Of a DNA stretch of 64,000 nucleotides, positions 1-14,818 are shown in pieces; position 1 is the first letter of the stretch, and every line of letters begins with the position of its first letter. Both the position numbers and the translations under genes were made by a program. The stretch lies in NCBI RefSeq assembly GCF_009914755.1, contig NC_060927.1, one strand, 5' to 3'. The notes below the pieces were generated by a model that saw only the letters and a program-made list of their open reading frames with translations, did not search any database and was not told the DNA's origin. Source of the stretch: the human T2T-CHM13v2.0 reference genome, Homo sapiens.

Positions 1-779
1 CCAGTAGATGCAGAAAAACATCTTATTCTACTCCTGCAAACACTTACTCTCTTACAATTTTCCAAAGCCTGTGTTTGTTTACCTAAGTCTTTAATTCAGT
101 GAAATAATGAACTTCAATGTAGCTCAACAGAATGATTTGGAGATAGCAGTAGATGCTCCTTCTTTCAGTCCTGCCAAAGCCCTTCCCCAAATCTTACTGC
201 TGCAAGGAAATTCATGAGTCACTTTGAGATTGCGCTCAATGGGACAGTGTGTATGTAGTACTTGACTTGGAATCAGAAAACCTGGGGCTAAGGCCACTGT
301 TACTGGGTGAGTGTGAATAAGTCCCTTCACCTCCTGGATTGCCCCTGTCCCTCCCTCTCAGGTGGTTAGGAGGCTATAAAAATCATGTATGTTTTATTTC
401 ATAATTTGCCATGTCCCATACAAACACATACATTGTGAATGTGGGCGCCTATTGTAAACCATAAAGTCCTAAACAGATGCTGATGAATGAGGACTTGTGA
501 TTTAAATTGCAAATACACAGTTTCAGGAAACTGGCTCATTTTGTGGAGTGTTACAAGGTGCTTTACAGGTTGGGTTAGGTACCCTTTTATTAGTAAATAC
601 TGGCTGCTAATGAGATTAGTGTTTGTCCTCTAATTCCTTTTCTGTTTTTTAAAGAAATCTTTTGCAATACTGCCACCAAGTCTAAAGTTCCCATATTAGC
701 CACTGTTTTGAACAAAGGAATGTAGGGATTCTGTTAAGATATGGAACCTGAATGTTTAAATTCCAGTAAGGATTTTTAA

Positions 780-1620
780 ATAGGCAAATTACAAGTATTA
801 GAAAACAGGTATCACCTAACTTTGGAAGGGGAGTTCTTATAAGCAAAACAATAAACCGTAAAGGAAAACAGAAATATATTTGACTCTATATAAATGTTCA
901 TCCACAGCTAAAGTCAAAGTCTAGAGAAATAGACTAAAAAGTAAAACTTTTTCACATATATGATGAATATAAAGAGGCCCTTAATATAAAATGAAAATGC
1001 AAAACACTATTAGACAACAAAAAGTGTCTAGTCTCACCAGCAATCAGGAAAATGTACCTTAAAACATCAATGAGATCCGGTTTTTTTAAAGACGTTAGAT
1101 TTTAAAAATCGTAAATATCAATATAACTCCAGAAACTGATGAATCCAGGGGAAATAAATACTCTTGTGTGTTTCTGATTTAAAAAAATTCTTTCATTTGT
1201 GGAAAATAATATAGCAGCATCTATTAAAATTCAAAACATACATATGCCTTGATGCAGTAACCTGGCTTTTGGTTGCTATGCTAAAAAATGCAAACACTAA
1301 TATGTAAGAACACGCCCATACTGTAGTAGTAACTTTTAATTCAACATTATTTGTGGTGGCAAAAGATTGAGGGGAAATTACTTTCAACAAGTAACGGAAT
1401 AGTTGAATAAATTATGATATATCATGGAATATTATAGTATTATTTTAAAAACATGAATTATAATTATTTATTTACTTGGTGAATTGCCATTATATATAAA
1501 GTGAAAAATGAAAGTTCCAGATTAATGTGCATAGTAAGATCTTATTTTAATTTTAAAAATTAATAAAGACATAAATCTCCATATAAGCTGGTATATATAT
1601 ATGCACTTAATAGAGTAAAA
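780..1620 (+). mobile_element. Old L1 (L1M/L1ME-like) 3' fragment
   Basis: A-rich degenerate L1 ORF2-end and 3'UTR-like motifs. Confidence 0.5.
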
Positions 1621-2445
1621 TGAATGAAAAATATGATGGCATTAATAAATAAATACATATATCTGGGACCTTCGTGTTTGAATTTATCCTTCAGTGGGTT
1701 CCCTTATAATAATCATTCTTAAGCTTTCAGAATGCATAACAATCATTAGTTATAAAACTTTTAAAAATGAAGATTCTAACCCTGGATATTTTGATTTAAT
1801 AAGCCAGAAGCTCAAAAATGTCAAGGAATTCTCTTGCTGAAACACTGCCTTATTGAGTATAGAATCAAACCTAATTTTTTCTACAACCCATCCCCTAACT
1901 CCCACACAGGAATTTCTGTATTTCTTTGGGATTTCCGTAAAGATATACCCGAATATCAAATGAACACATAGACATTATAAAGGACTTCTAAGAGGGAGAC
2001 TAAAATTTTTCAAAGACAATTAAATAGGAAACCTATAGAATAAACACAATATTTAAGTCAGGGAAAATAGATGGAAATGTTCTAAGGGGCATAATATCTT
2101 GATTAATGCACACAGTTGAGATGCTACCCCTTCATTCTCCTAAAACTATGGCTGGCATCATTAATCCATCACAGCATTCTTTCCCACCATACTCAAATAG
2201 AGCCTCAGAGTGCTTCTAAACAAAGCATTCGATGAAGGCTTCAGATGATAATCAGAGTTTGCAAAGACATTTAACTCTCCCTGGTAGTCCAAAGTCCTTC
2301 TGTCATCCCATATTTGGTAAGCCCTCGCTTTTTGTTTTATGACTTATGGTTGACAAAGCAACTCCTGGCTCTCAGTGGAAATACCATGGACTTTACTTCT
2401 TTAGCTAGAAGCTAAATAGAATCTGGCTGTGATTTCAGGTCTTAC

Positions 2446-2580
2446 CTGTCGCAAATCATACACACTTAAGACAATGGAGATAACAGTCAAAATGATGATG
2501 GCCACAGAGTATTCTATGTAACCTTGAGACAGCCACAAAGTTAGGGTGAAGGCTTGGAACACATAGAATGGATTTAAAAC
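2446..2580 (-). CDS. ATP13A5: ATP13A5 coding exon 7 (VLNPFYVFQ...SVYDLRQ), transmembrane helices M1-M2; gene continues beyond window start
   Basis: Acceptor cctgcag, donor GTAAGA, 135 nt. Contains the P5-ATPase PFYVFQ motif. Contained in ORF 2401..2631. Confidence 0.96.
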
Positions 2581-4009
2581 CTGCAGGCACAAAAATGGCA
2601 TTTGGGTCACTTGCATGAACCTTAGTAGCAATCAAGAAGATGTCATTTCATTATCAATTTTTTTCTCATTTTTTTACAACATACACAAACCTCTAATATT
2701 TAAGAATTCACTTAGATCTCTATTGATTTGGGTTGAGAAAATGTCAAACACATAGAATGTGATATGGTGGAAGCAAAATTATTTTATGCATTCACCATGC
2801 CCACAAGTTGATCATTCTTATTCATTTTGAATTTCAAAAATATTTTACCAATAACAAAATTTAACAATTCACCTTCTTAAACAGACTGACTCATAATGGG
2901 GGAGGTACATGATTCAGTCTCTTTTAAAAACGTACTTCCATTTGGAACAGTTTAATTGCAGTTTTATTTTTCATATAATCACATGCTGCAGATTTAGTCA
3001 AGTTGTGCAATGAAAATGAAAGATTCTACTTTTTTATTCAGGTCATTTAAAAATAGCATATCTTTCATGTCACAGGTCCTAGCAAGGTCACATAAGAGTC
3101 AGCCAAGTTCTTCTCTTGAACAAGGAGAAAGACTGGAGAGAAATGTCTTCCCCAAGGCTGCAGAGCAAATCAGGAGCAGAAAGCAGAAGGTATTACCAAC
3201 CTGAAAGCTGGTCACTCATACATGTACATTTCTGGTCGCATGAGAATACCTTCAACTTTTTTTGTTCCCTCAATTTTTCCCATTTGGGTCCTGCTAACTC
3301 ATGCTAATAATGAGAGCAGAGAGGGCAAACCTGAGAAGCCAGAGAAAAGTCACAGGATATACATGCAGAAAGTGAACTAAAGAGCCCATCAGAGCAAAGC
3401 AAGGATTATTTTTCTGAGAAAGTGTTCTTTCTAATCATTATGAATTGGATGAAATATTGGTTAAAACCAGTGCTATTCTCTCTTACCTCTGTTTTCTATA
3501 ATTCCCTTATGTACTAAATACAATTCTAATTTAGTCTTAAAAGTGAACTGACATGTGGTAAATAAGTTAGTACGTTGTATCTTAAGTGTTGGATATATTT
3601 TGTCCATTAAAAAAGATTTTGTTCCTTAATGTTTCTTATTATTTCAATCCCAACTGCTTTACTTGCAAATTATAGCTTTTTTGTTTGCTTATTATAAAAT
3701 GCTCTGATTGTAGATTATGTGCAAATGATAATATGATCTTGAAGTTAAACAAATCCAGTAGAATACTGGTTAAATACTTTTTGCAGAAGAAACAACACTA
3801 TTCTAATTAATTCAGTTCTCTTATTTAATATTCTTTTGAAACCAAATGTAAAGAAATAGTTGTACTTGTTTTTTTTTTCTTTCTACTAAAGGGCTAGTAA
3901 ATAGGTGCCAGAAAATACTAGCACTCCTTTCAAATTAGAACACATTGACCCCTGGAGAATATTTGGCAATTTGAAAACGTACTTGACGTTTAAAAAGCTG
4001 CCTACTTTT

Positions 4010-4125
4010 TGATAGTTAGGGAAGCTATGCATATGTGGAGGCAGGACGTATATGGGAAATCTTTGTATGTTCCACCCAATTTTGCTGTGAACCGAAAACT
4101 AGTCTAAAAAATAAAGTTAAAAAAA
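4010..4125 (+). mobile_element. L1M (L1MC/MD-like) 3' end
   Basis: atatgggaaatctttgta...caattttgctgtgaacc...taaaaaataaagt terminus. Confidence 0.6.
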
Positions 4126-4860
4126 GCAACCTGTTTTCTGCTTCAGACACAGAATAATGGTAAATAATTTTTTAATATTAAAAAGATATGTCCATGTTCC
4201 AAAACAAAATGACCATCTTTATGGGTTAGAAATAGACTGGAAACATGCACCATTGAGTGAGGGCTCACATCATCAGATTCATGGGTTCCAGACAAGGACT
4301 AGACAGCAAAATCTAGGAGCTCTTTTCTCGGAGGAATAGAGACAGAACGTGTCCCTTAGGTGGCTGAGGATAGAAATGAGGCATATGGTGGAAAACAAGG
4401 GTGGCCATGGGCTTCCTGTTCCAGAATAGAGGTTGAGCAAAGTCATAACCAATGAAGGCTTTCCACCCAAGGGTGGAATGGGAGAGGAGTGTCCATGGGA
4501 CAACTGTGAACTGGGCTAAGCCTCAAGCTGGCTAAGGGCATGCATGTGACAAATCCCTGAAGGACAAGCACCCAAACCTTCAGGGACCACATAGGGGCCA
4601 ACTGGAGGCAAACAAAGCCATCAAAGAAGCACAGAGAGAAAGAGAAAAATTGATGGGGAAAGTGTCCCACTTAAGGTAAGCATTAAAAAAAAAAAATCCA
4701 AGCACACAAGGAATGTATTTTTAAAAACAAAAACAAAAATAAAACACTAACAAAGGGAGAAGTTACTCTCAAGAAAATGAAAATAATAAAGCCATTTGAA
4801 AAAGACCAAAAGAATACATTTCAAATCCTCAATAATTATAGAAATAATAACATTGCCCCA

Positions 4861-5226
4861 TGCTGTGGACTGAACATTTGTGTCCCCTCTAAATTCATAG
4901 GTTGAAGCCCTAACCCCCAATGTGATGGTATTTGGAGATGGGTCCCTTGGGAGGCAATTAGGTTTAGATGAGGTCATGAAGGTAGAGATCCCACGATGGG
5001 ATTAGTGTCCTTGTAGGAAGAGGAAGAGACCAGACCTCTCTCTCCACCATGTGAAGACATAAAGAACGCAGTAGTCTGCACGCCCAGAAATGGGTCCTCA
5101 CCGGGAACTGAATATGCAAGCACCTTGATCTTGGACTTCCCAGCCTCTAAAACTGTGGGAAAATAAGTGTTTGTTGTTTAAACCACCCAATGCATGACAT
5201 TTTGTTATAGCAACCCAGTGGACTAA
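4861..5226 (+). mobile_element. MLT1A-type MaLR solo LTR
   Basis: Starts tgctgtggactgaa..tgtgtcccc; contains caccttgatcttggacttcccagcctc; ends ttgttatagcaacc..gactaa. Confidence 0.85.
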
Positions 5227-5497
5227 CCACCCCACCACCACCACCACCACCACAACCACCATCCAAACTAAAGAGAACAAAACAAAACAAAACAAACAGG
5301 AGATTATGAAGCAGGAATCTGTCTCACACTGGAAAGGAATTTTAAAGTAAACCTGAGTTTAAAATAAGCAGTAACAAAAAGAAGTCGCATGAAACAAGAT
5401 ATCATTCACATCAAAGTATTTATGTGTTCCTTCTAGGAAGTAAGAAGTAAGGGGCAGAAATCTATTTTTTCAAAAAAAAAGAAAAGAAAACAGTTAC

Positions 5498-5567
5498 CTG
5501 TTTAACAAGCAGCTTCCATATGGGTTGGATTTCAACCTCAATGGCGTTGGGCCCACACACTAATCTT
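5498..5567 (-). CDS. ATP13A5: ATP13A5 coding exon 6 (R-RLVCGPNAIEVEIQPIWKLLVKQ)
   Basis: Acceptor ttcccgcag, donor GTAACT, 70 nt, restores phase 0. Contains the GPN motif of P-type ATPases. Confidence 0.96.
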
Positions 5568-6270
5568 CTGCGGGAAATTGATCATCCATTAGTGTCATAG
5601 CTACAAGCACATGATAAGTGACTACAGGCCAAACTAAACAGAAGTCATTTTTCTACTCTTTGGAGATTTTGTGACTTTGATTAAAAAATAATGTGCAAGT
5701 TCTTTTGAAACGTAATTCTAAACTACTATTTTTGAAATGAAAGTCAGTGTATGATGGACAGAGCTGTAGTCCTCGATACAAATATATCTTAAATGTAGTA
5801 CAACTCAAAAAAAAAGTTGGAAAGACACTTTCATTTTGATTTACTTTTAAAATAATTTTATTATATACTAAAAGCAACGAAAAAGACACAGCTATGCAGA
5901 TGTTCCTAGACTTGTCAGGCATTCTAGATTGCCCTTGATGTTAGAAGTCATATCTATCTTACTTTGGTACCTCCAGCACCTAGGACAGGGCCCTTAGTAT
6001 ACGAACCGAATGAATACATATTAGTATATGAACTGAATGAACAAGCAAATGAACTGGAAGATATGGCCTTCATGGCTAACACTTGGTAAACGTGTACATT
6101 ATACACAAGGTGTAATACATATGTGCATTACAACAAGAATGCATATTTCTATACTATTTTACCATTAACAAAGTTTTTACAAAGATTCATTTGATCCTCA
6201 CAATAGTCCAAAGGAAAGGGCTAATACCTCTATTTTGCCAATGGAAGAAATTATTCAGTGCGGCATGTAG

Positions 6271-6621
<351 letters not shown>

Positions 6622-7349
6622 TAACTTTTAAACAGAGTTGACAGTGTCAGAAACTGCACTTAGCCTTTTTATATGCATTAACTCCTTCAATCATCACATT
6701 ATTCCCATGAGATTTCATATTATTAGCACTTATTGTAATAGAAACTCAAGCTCCGATAAACCAAGAAACTTTTCCAGGATCGCAAAGCTAGAAAGAGGCA
6801 GGCTTTGTAGCATTGTCTATGACTCCACTTCACAAATCTGCCTCAGAAAGGACCAATGGGGAGAATCTGCATGAGAGATCTTTGGTCTCACTGAGGTATA
6901 ACAGAGAGCTGAGCCCAAGTTTATCTGACTTCTTAGCCATATTTCTTTCCAAGTATAATTGTAGTTTGCAAAGAACAGAGAGGACTCAAACCGAGGTCTT
7001 CTGACTCCATGCCATGAAAACACTGAGGTTCAAGGATGTTGGGAATCAGAGAGGGCAAACAGCCCATCACGCTCTTTGACTTCTTAAGTCCCTAAACCTC
7101 CCGCTGGAAAGAGCCCATAACTCAAACCATTTCAGTACTCAGGACTCTTTTACACAATCTGGGGCAATAATCTGTTGTTAAGCAAAGTGTCAGAACTTAG
7201 GACCCCAAACTCGGTCCTCCATTCTCTCTCCCTCTCTCCGCTTTGAATGCCCTTCCCACATTCTTCAGTTTGTAAATGCCTACTCAGCCTCGGAGAGCCA
7301 GATCCGACAATCAAGCTTAATGGTTGAGAAATGTGGGAGCAGAGAGGCC

Positions 7350-7775
7350 TGGATTTGAACACAGCTAAGACCTTGTGCTTGCTGTTCCCTCCAACTGGAA
7401 CTAATTTCCTCCACAACTTCGTATGTCTACCCGCTCAGTCCCTCAATGAAACAAGGGCGTTCCCTTTGTGAATGAATTTCATTCTTTCTCTGTTCAAGTA
7501 GCACCTCCTTACTGGGCTTTCCCTAACAATGCTCCTTGAAATAGCTACCCTGACTCTTAATTCAGATTCTCTTCATCTCCTTATCCTGCCATATTTTTCA
7601 TTATAGTGCATATAATTACCTGAAATTACACGTTATGTTTCACATTTTAATAAGTTTGCAAAAAAAAAAAGACTGTATCTTCCACTATAATGTAAGCTTC
7701 CAGAGGACATCGATACATTCTGAATGCCTAAAACAGAGCCTATTATATGCTGAATGAACGAATTGATGGCTGAAT
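7350..7775 (+). mobile_element. L2 3' fragment
   Basis: Degenerate L2 motifs (ctataatgtaagcttccagagga; ends tgctgaatgaa). Confidence 0.55.
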
Positions 7776-7845
7776 GAGGGGTCAGCCTCACTCTTCTCAT
7801 CTGTAAAAGGGGTTTTATAAAACATACCTAATAAAATTGCTATCA

Positions 7846-7970
7846 AGCTGGGTGTGTGGCACACACCTGTAGTCCCAGCTACTTGGGAGGCTGAGGCAGG
7901 AGGACTGCTTGACCTCAGGAGTTTGAGACCAGCCTGGGCAACAAAGGGAGACTCTAATTTAAAAAAAAAA
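7846..7970 (+). mobile_element. Alu monomer (FLAM-like)
   Basis: Single Alu arm with A-tail; degenerate TSD aaat(t)gcta(t/c)ca. Confidence 0.85.
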
Positions 7971-8191
7971 TGCTACCAGTAGCATATGAGAAAAATACAT
8001 AAAGCATTTAGTTCTCAATAAATGGCAGCTATCTTTGAAGTCTTACTCCCTCTGGCACAATTAACTCTATTTTTCTCCCTTCCAACAACCTTTCTTTTCT
8101 TAGCAACAGCACTTACATCATTAAATTATAATGTATACTTAAATGTCTTTTCCCTCTAGTTTCCTAGAGTCCCTTTAAAGGCAGAAACAGA

Positions 8192-8493
8192 TTTTTTTTT
8201 CTTTTTCTTTTTTGAGACGGAGTCTTGCTCTGTCGCCCAGGCTGGAGTGCATTGGCACAGTCTAGGCTCACTTCAACTTCCGCCTCCCAGTTTCAAGCGA
8301 TTCTCCTGCCTCAGCCTCCTGAGTAGCTGGGATTACAGGCCCACACTACCACACCTGGCTAATTTTTGTATTTTTAGTAGACACGGGGTTTCACCATGTT
8401 GGCCAGGCTGGTCTCAAACCCCTGACCTCGTGATCCACCTGACTCGGCTTCCCAAAATGCTGGGATTACAGGCATGAGCCACCATGCCCAGCC
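8192..8493 (-). mobile_element. Alu (AluS)
   Basis: Alu consensus; TSD cagaaacaga. Confidence 0.95.
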
Positions 8494-11168
8494 CAGAAAC
8501 AGAGATTTTTAAATCCTGTCTAAAAATCTAGCACTAGGGGCGCAGTGTCTGACCTAGAGGATATTCCCTAAATAGTAGAATGAATTAATGAGGTTCAAGG
8601 CAGTACATGGGGTATGGAAAGCAGTTTAGAAAGCAAGCCTAGAGTCTCATGCTCTTTGGCTCTCCAAGTTTGGCAATATTACCATTAAGAGAGAAGAGAT
8701 CCCATGAGGACGGTGATCCAGTTGATCAATATTTGCCTGTAGATCATCCTCTTTACGGTTCATCTGAACTGTATTGAAATCACAGCCTGGCATGCCCCTT
8801 GCTGCTGTGTCTCTTCTACTGCTTCTTGCCAAAAAATATTGTGTGTTTAGAGATCATGTACCCATCTCAGTTTCAGCACAAGCCAAGCAGAATATTCAGG
8901 GGTGTTGACTAATGGCTGAGCAATGGGAAGAAATATAAGATTTGAAGCTGGTTCACATGAGGAAAGGTCTAAGAAACAAGGGAGCTGACATTCTGACCAG
9001 CTGGCAGGGAAAACAGGCCCCAGATTGTTCCAGCAGCTTCACAGAACAACGTAGGCTAAATAAAATTAAGCAGACCTGCCTAATAGTTCCAACTATGCAT
9101 TAGAAGAAGAGTTGCTTTGGAGGTAGATGGTCCCTCTCCAGAAGTTGAACAATTTCTCAGCAGGAAACCTGTGGAGGGGATTTCTGCAGGGACCATGGGC
9201 TAAACTTGGGGAATCATTGAGGTTTCCTCCAACCCTGAGATATCAGTAAATCTGTTAGAATTTATTTATTTCTGAGAAAACAAAATGCAGATGACTAGGA
9301 GGACTTTCTCTTGGAGGAGGTCCATGTCCCTTTTCATTTGTTATTCATTCATTCATTCATTCAATTAACTTACCAATAATTGTTAATAATGTGTCGTGTG
9401 GTAGCCATTTTAGGCTCCAGGTGGTAAAGACTGAAGGAGTCCTCAAGGAGGAAGGAAGGGCATGTTAGAATTATGGTGGAGTTTTTCAAACTACACCTAT
9501 TTTTTGCTCACTGCTTCCATTCTGATAAGTTTCCAACAGAGTCTCTGGCAGGCAGGGACGTCTATAGTTTTCCATACATACAATGTCAAGCCAGGAGATT
9601 CTGGCATAACCCACTTCCAGGAACTTAGGAATTTTTAGGAAGCAGACATGTAGAGGTTGAGAAAGTTCCCATGTGATTCTGTTAGCAAGTTCCTGACTTC
9701 CCTAACACTCTTGTTTTATAAAGGGAGGAAGACCTAAGATATTCACAGATGCACAGGACATGGCATCCAACTTCTGGGATTTGGATGTGGTTGTATAGCA
9801 CAACAAGAGTGCTGGCCTTCGAGCCCTTCCATTAAAAACAATAATAAAAACAAGATTGGTATATTTTGAGAAATTGCTTTATGGAAGGAAAACATCTCTA
9901 TTTCATTACAGCTTGAACCTGCTTGTGTACTTTAATGAAACACTTACACAGAGAATGTATCTCCATTCTACAAATGACATGAAAGTTATTTTAGTTTTTT
10001 ACATTTGTCCTCATCTGTGACCTGCCCATTTCTTTCATTGCCTAAATTGCATGTTTTCAGATAGCCTCAGGAAAACTCGAGAAGTTGGGCTCTTAGAGGA
10101 TTTCAAGCCCTCCATGTGAGCTAAGTGAGGCGCTTCCAGTCAGCTTTTCTGGGGAAAGGCCTTGAGCATTCCCAGGCATAGGGATGCAGAAGGGAATGGA
10201 CCAGGAGGACATCAGGAATGGAGATGGGGTACAAAGAAACCGAGTGCAGGATCCTGCCAGGGAGATTCTGGACTTAGCTTTCCTGGTCCCTCTGTAGGGC
10301 TTTGCTCTAAATAAGGCAGTAGAGTTAAGTGGTTTTATACTTTAAATGGGCCAAGATCCATAGAACCGTGGATCTGATAATTCCACTTTATTAAAAAAGA
10401 AAATGATCTCAGTTCATTTAATTTTTATTAAATAGCTTATGCATTAAATTTTAAAGAAAGGATATATATATATATGTTACATTTTTAAGTAACTCGTTAA
10501 CTTCTAATTGAATTCTAATAGTTGAGACTACGTTATTGGCTTCCAGAAGAATGAGCAAAGCCCCTTTCCTCTCCTCCAACCAGCCCTTCCTTGATCCTTC
10601 TGTAAATGCTGATCTGATGGCTGAGTATCTACTACAGGGCTCTTTTCTAGAGGTGGTTTCAAAGGGGATAGAGGTCACGGTATATAAGCATGGTTTCTAA
10701 ATTTTCCTTTCCCCAAGACTGAGGAGTAAGAGAGTAGGGTCTCACAGCAGCCTCTCTCTGTCCTTCTCTCTCTCTCTCTCACCTTCTTTTTGCTTCTTCT
10801 TTCTCTCTTTTCTGATGTTCTGTGTTCTCATGGAACAGTTTCTGTCAGCTTGGAGCTATGCATTAATGGCAAACCTACCTTCTCTTGCTGTCTGTCACTC
10901 GGATTCCTTTCCTCTGGTGCTGACAAGCATGCCTTTTCTCTCAATGCTGTGGTAAACATTGAGAATTAAATTTGGCCTTGCAGAATCACTAAATCAACGG
11001 GGAGCCTCTCTTCCCAGCTTTGCATTCAGTGATGTCACCTTGGTGGCTTAAGCTGGCCATGGATGGAATATTCCAACCATAGAAACCAGCAAACCCTGTC
11101 TATCAAAGCTTTTTTTCTTCCTGAGAGCTAGGTCACCAGCAAGGTGATTGGTCTGGACTTAACCTCAA

Positions 11169-11217
11169 GTGTGTGTGTGTGCATGTGTGTGTGTGTGTGG
11201 TGGTGGTGGTGGTGGTG
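11169..11217. repeat. Compound (TG)n(TGG)n microsatellite
   Basis: Visible directly. Confidence 0.9.
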
Positions 11218-12034
11218 CAGGGGGGCTGGGAGAGGGTCCTTCCATTTCTGCTGCCAGGAAGTCATTTACTCCTTTTATTTTCTGCAGCCTAAACAAAAGG
11301 GACAGAAGCAGGGTGGGTGGGCTGAGTGAAAAATAAGGTGAAGAGATGCTCAACTGATAAATGATCTTAATAGGAAGACTACTTGACTAGTTGAGGAATC
11401 AGGTAGGTTTTTTATTTTTATTTTTCCCTTATGGGCTCACTTTTGTGATATAAAAGAATTACCTTGAATGTCTTTTGACCTGCCTAGGACAGGCACTAAT
11501 ATGGAAGTTTGAGTTCAGTTCATGACGGGTGAAGCTAAGGAACATGGAACTCCTGGGACAATTTACTTGCTCTCTTTCTGATCCCTTCTCACAATTTCTC
11601 TCCGGGGTAAAGTTATTTCTCCTGATGTTTGGATATGCTTTCGCTACTGAAAAGTGAGAACTATGTAAATCTGCATTTCTCTCTCTACCCAGCTGCTAGG
11701 GAGCCCATAGAAAAAGTTTGCATGTAAACTCTATAGCTTTTCATCATCAGAGATTCTTGTGTATCCCCGTTCATTTCTCATCTTATGCACTTGCTTTTTA
11801 ATGAAAGCAAGCTCAAATTCACTAGGAAATTGGTAAGATATTACTCAACCATCCATCACACTTAGTTTTTTAAAGGCCTTGGTCTTACCCTAAAAAATGA
11901 AATGAAAAAATCTTCCATATTCTACTTATTCTCTTTTCACTCCCCAAATAACATAAATATGACCATGTTTATAAGTAGATTATCTGCTCCATTCTTCATA
12001 TTTGGAAAATGATACTCTTTGTCTTGCTTATTAG

Positions 12035-12355
<321 letters not shown>

Positions 12356-13759
12356 ATGGATCAGATTTAAATTTGATTATGTACAATGTTTACTGAAGTT
12401 TGGTGCTTGATAAATAAGAAAAAAACATGAGGTAGCTGCACTGACAGGAAATCTTTCCTGTGGAAGTGGTTACCTAGGCAGAGTGTGTCTACATCTATCA
12501 ACTAGAATTCTTAAATGTCCTAGATAAATCCTTTACATGCCTTGTATTTAGTGCTATTAAACCAATATATTTTAATAACTCTAAAAACTTTTTTGTGTCA
12601 ATGTTTTGAGCATTACATCTGAAATCTTACATAATAATACCATTTCTAAGGCATTTTGCAATATTGTCCTAGTCCAGATGTCTGGTTCATTTTTCACAGT
12701 GTCTGACAGAGGAAAAACTTATAAACAACAGATCAGTAACTCTTAGACTTGGTGTGTGTGAGAATTATGGGGGTTGCTTGCTAAAAATGGGTATCTTCTA
12801 AGTACCCCTTGCTCCTACAGAATTATCAGAATTATGAGGGTGGAGCTTAAAACCTATATTTTAAAGTATCTGATTACTTCTTAGCTTGAGAATAGGTGTT
12901 TCTGGCCGACTGTAAAGGTTAAGCAGACACTCTCTCTAAAAATGGGTGAGAAATAAAGGTGATTATAAGATTCTGGGGAAGACTTGTAATGATTTCCTTT
13001 CAGATTTGCCAGGATTCATCATTTCAAATAATAGCTGAAGAAAGCAGGGACTCTGTATCTCTGTGAGTTAATAATAGCATAAGCATTTCCTAATTTATGT
13101 GCATCTATAGGTACCAATCTCATGATTGTGCCACCATTTATGCCTCTCTTTCTGACTAGTCCGTGTCTCTGGGACAATGACTAAACCTTTGTCTTTAGAT
13201 CCTTAGTTCCTTGCAAAGTACCTATTTGTTATTTAACAAATCAATGAATATATTAACTTACTCATTTACTCTAGAATTATGTATTGAGCTCCTACCAAAG
13301 AATCAGGCACTGTTCTAGGTACTGCAGATATAGTGGTGAATAACACAACTAACCGAGCAAGCAAAATCCTCATCTCCAGGGCTGTTTCTTCAGAATAAAA
13401 TGCAATCAAAGTATTGTCATTCTGTCTCTCCCAGGATTTGGAAGATTACTAAGCTGACATTTAGGGAATGACTCAAGATTTTTTTAAGAAAGGAAAAATA
13501 AAAAAACAACACAAAGATGATTGCTCTACAAGCCTGAGATAAAAGATCAAATTTTATATGATTGCATTGTTCTTTTGGTCTTTGTAAAAATAAGTTTGCC
13601 TAAGAAAAGAACAATTTAGGATATCTCCGCTGCCAGTAAATGAACTTGGACTATAACAAGCTGATGAAGCATTATGCCAACAATGCACTGATGATAACTG
13701 ATTTGATACTTCATTTTCTGCTGGCAGAGTTTACTCTTAAGGCATATAATAAGTCCTAC

Positions 13760-13840
13760 CTGACCTCTTGCTCTTCACTGGTCAGACCCAATCCAAATGT
13801 CTGATGGATGTCAGAGCAGGAATTGCTGTCTTCTAGCAAC
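13760..13840 (-). CDS. ATP13A5: ATP13A5 coding exon 5 (G-LLEDSNSCSDIHQTFGLGLTSEEQEV-R)
   Basis: Acceptor cctag after a 105-nt intron, donor GTAGGA, 81 nt, phase 2/2. GLT..EQ motif typical of the cation-ATPase N-terminal region. Confidence 0.95.
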
Positions 13841-13945
13841 CTAGGATGTATTCAGGATAGGAACCACACTTCAGTTCATAGCACTCAACAAATCAGTGTT
13901 TTTCCCCTATATCCTGACCAAGGGGTGACAAAACATTGTACTTAC

Positions 13946-14016
13946 CCAACTTTCTGAAACCGCTTCTCCAGGTCGTTCCAAACATACCTGATTTTCTGCA
14001 CTTGCATGCACCGCAG
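13946..14016 (-). CDS. ATP13A5: ATP13A5 coding exon 4 ([24 protein letters not shown])
   Basis: Acceptor cgtag, donor GTAAGT, 71 nt, ends in phase 2. Confidence 0.95.
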
Positions 14017-14124
14017 CTACGATTGCAAATGTGATAGAGCAGGTGTCATTCACAGCATAAAGCTCACTGGGAGAGGGAGTGGTGTCCAATGCAGGATGCA
14101 GATCCCCTTGTGGGTCTCACTTGC

Positions 14125-14130
14125 TTTCCT

Positions 14131-14174
<44 letters not shown>

Positions 14175-14465
14175 TGAGACAGGGTCTCACTCTGTCACCC
14201 AGGCTGGAGTGCAGTGGCGTGATGACCACTCACTGTAGCCTTGACCTCCCAGGTTCAATCGATCCTCCTGCCTCAACCTCCTGAGTAGCTGGGACTACAG
14301 GCAAGCACCACCACACTCAGCTAATTTTTTGTTTTTATTTTTTTAATAGAGATGAGGTTTTGCCATGTTTCCCAGGCTGGTCTCAAACTCCTGGGCTCAA
14401 GGGATCCGCCCACATTGGCCTCCCAAAAGTGCCGGGATTACAGACGTGAACGACCATGCCCAGCC
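14125..14465 (-). mobile_element. Alu (AluJ-like) with (TTTC)n tail in ATP13A5 intron 3
   Basis: J-type diagnostics (cctgggctcaagggatcc); TSD gtctcactt. Confidence 0.93.
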
Positions 14466-14598
14466 AGTCTCACTTTCTTTGATACATAGCTGTCATTCCC
14501 ATTCCAAAAGTGTGATATTCGGAACTTTCATTTAATAAACAGTTATTTTATGCTTTCTCTGTAAACATGCATAACACCATACCCTTCAAGTAACTTAC

Positions 14599-14745
14599 TT
14601 TTAATTCTGGCTTTATTAAGGCTTGGTTTATGACAGAGTGGCGGTCAGCCACCAGGGATTCTTCCCACTTCTTGCTTACAGGAAACTTCAGTGTGGATAA
14701 GTAGAGGCAGAATACCTTCTTCCTCATATATCTTTGAAATTCGTC
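14599..14745 (-). CDS. ATP13A5: ATP13A5 coding exon 3 (DEFQRYMRKK...ALIKPELK)
   Basis: Acceptor ttttccag, donor GTAAGT, 147 nt, open and in frame. Confidence 0.96.
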
Positions 14746-14818
14746 CTGGAAAAGACAATCCAGTTCATGAAATTCTCAAATGTTATTCAGTAAGGTGCTC
14801 AATCAACCAAATACCTAC

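Noticed and set aside
5994-6042. Roughly 27-bp tandem duplication ttagtata(c/t)gaac(c/t)gaatgaa
   Set aside because: Slippage in an L2 3' tail.
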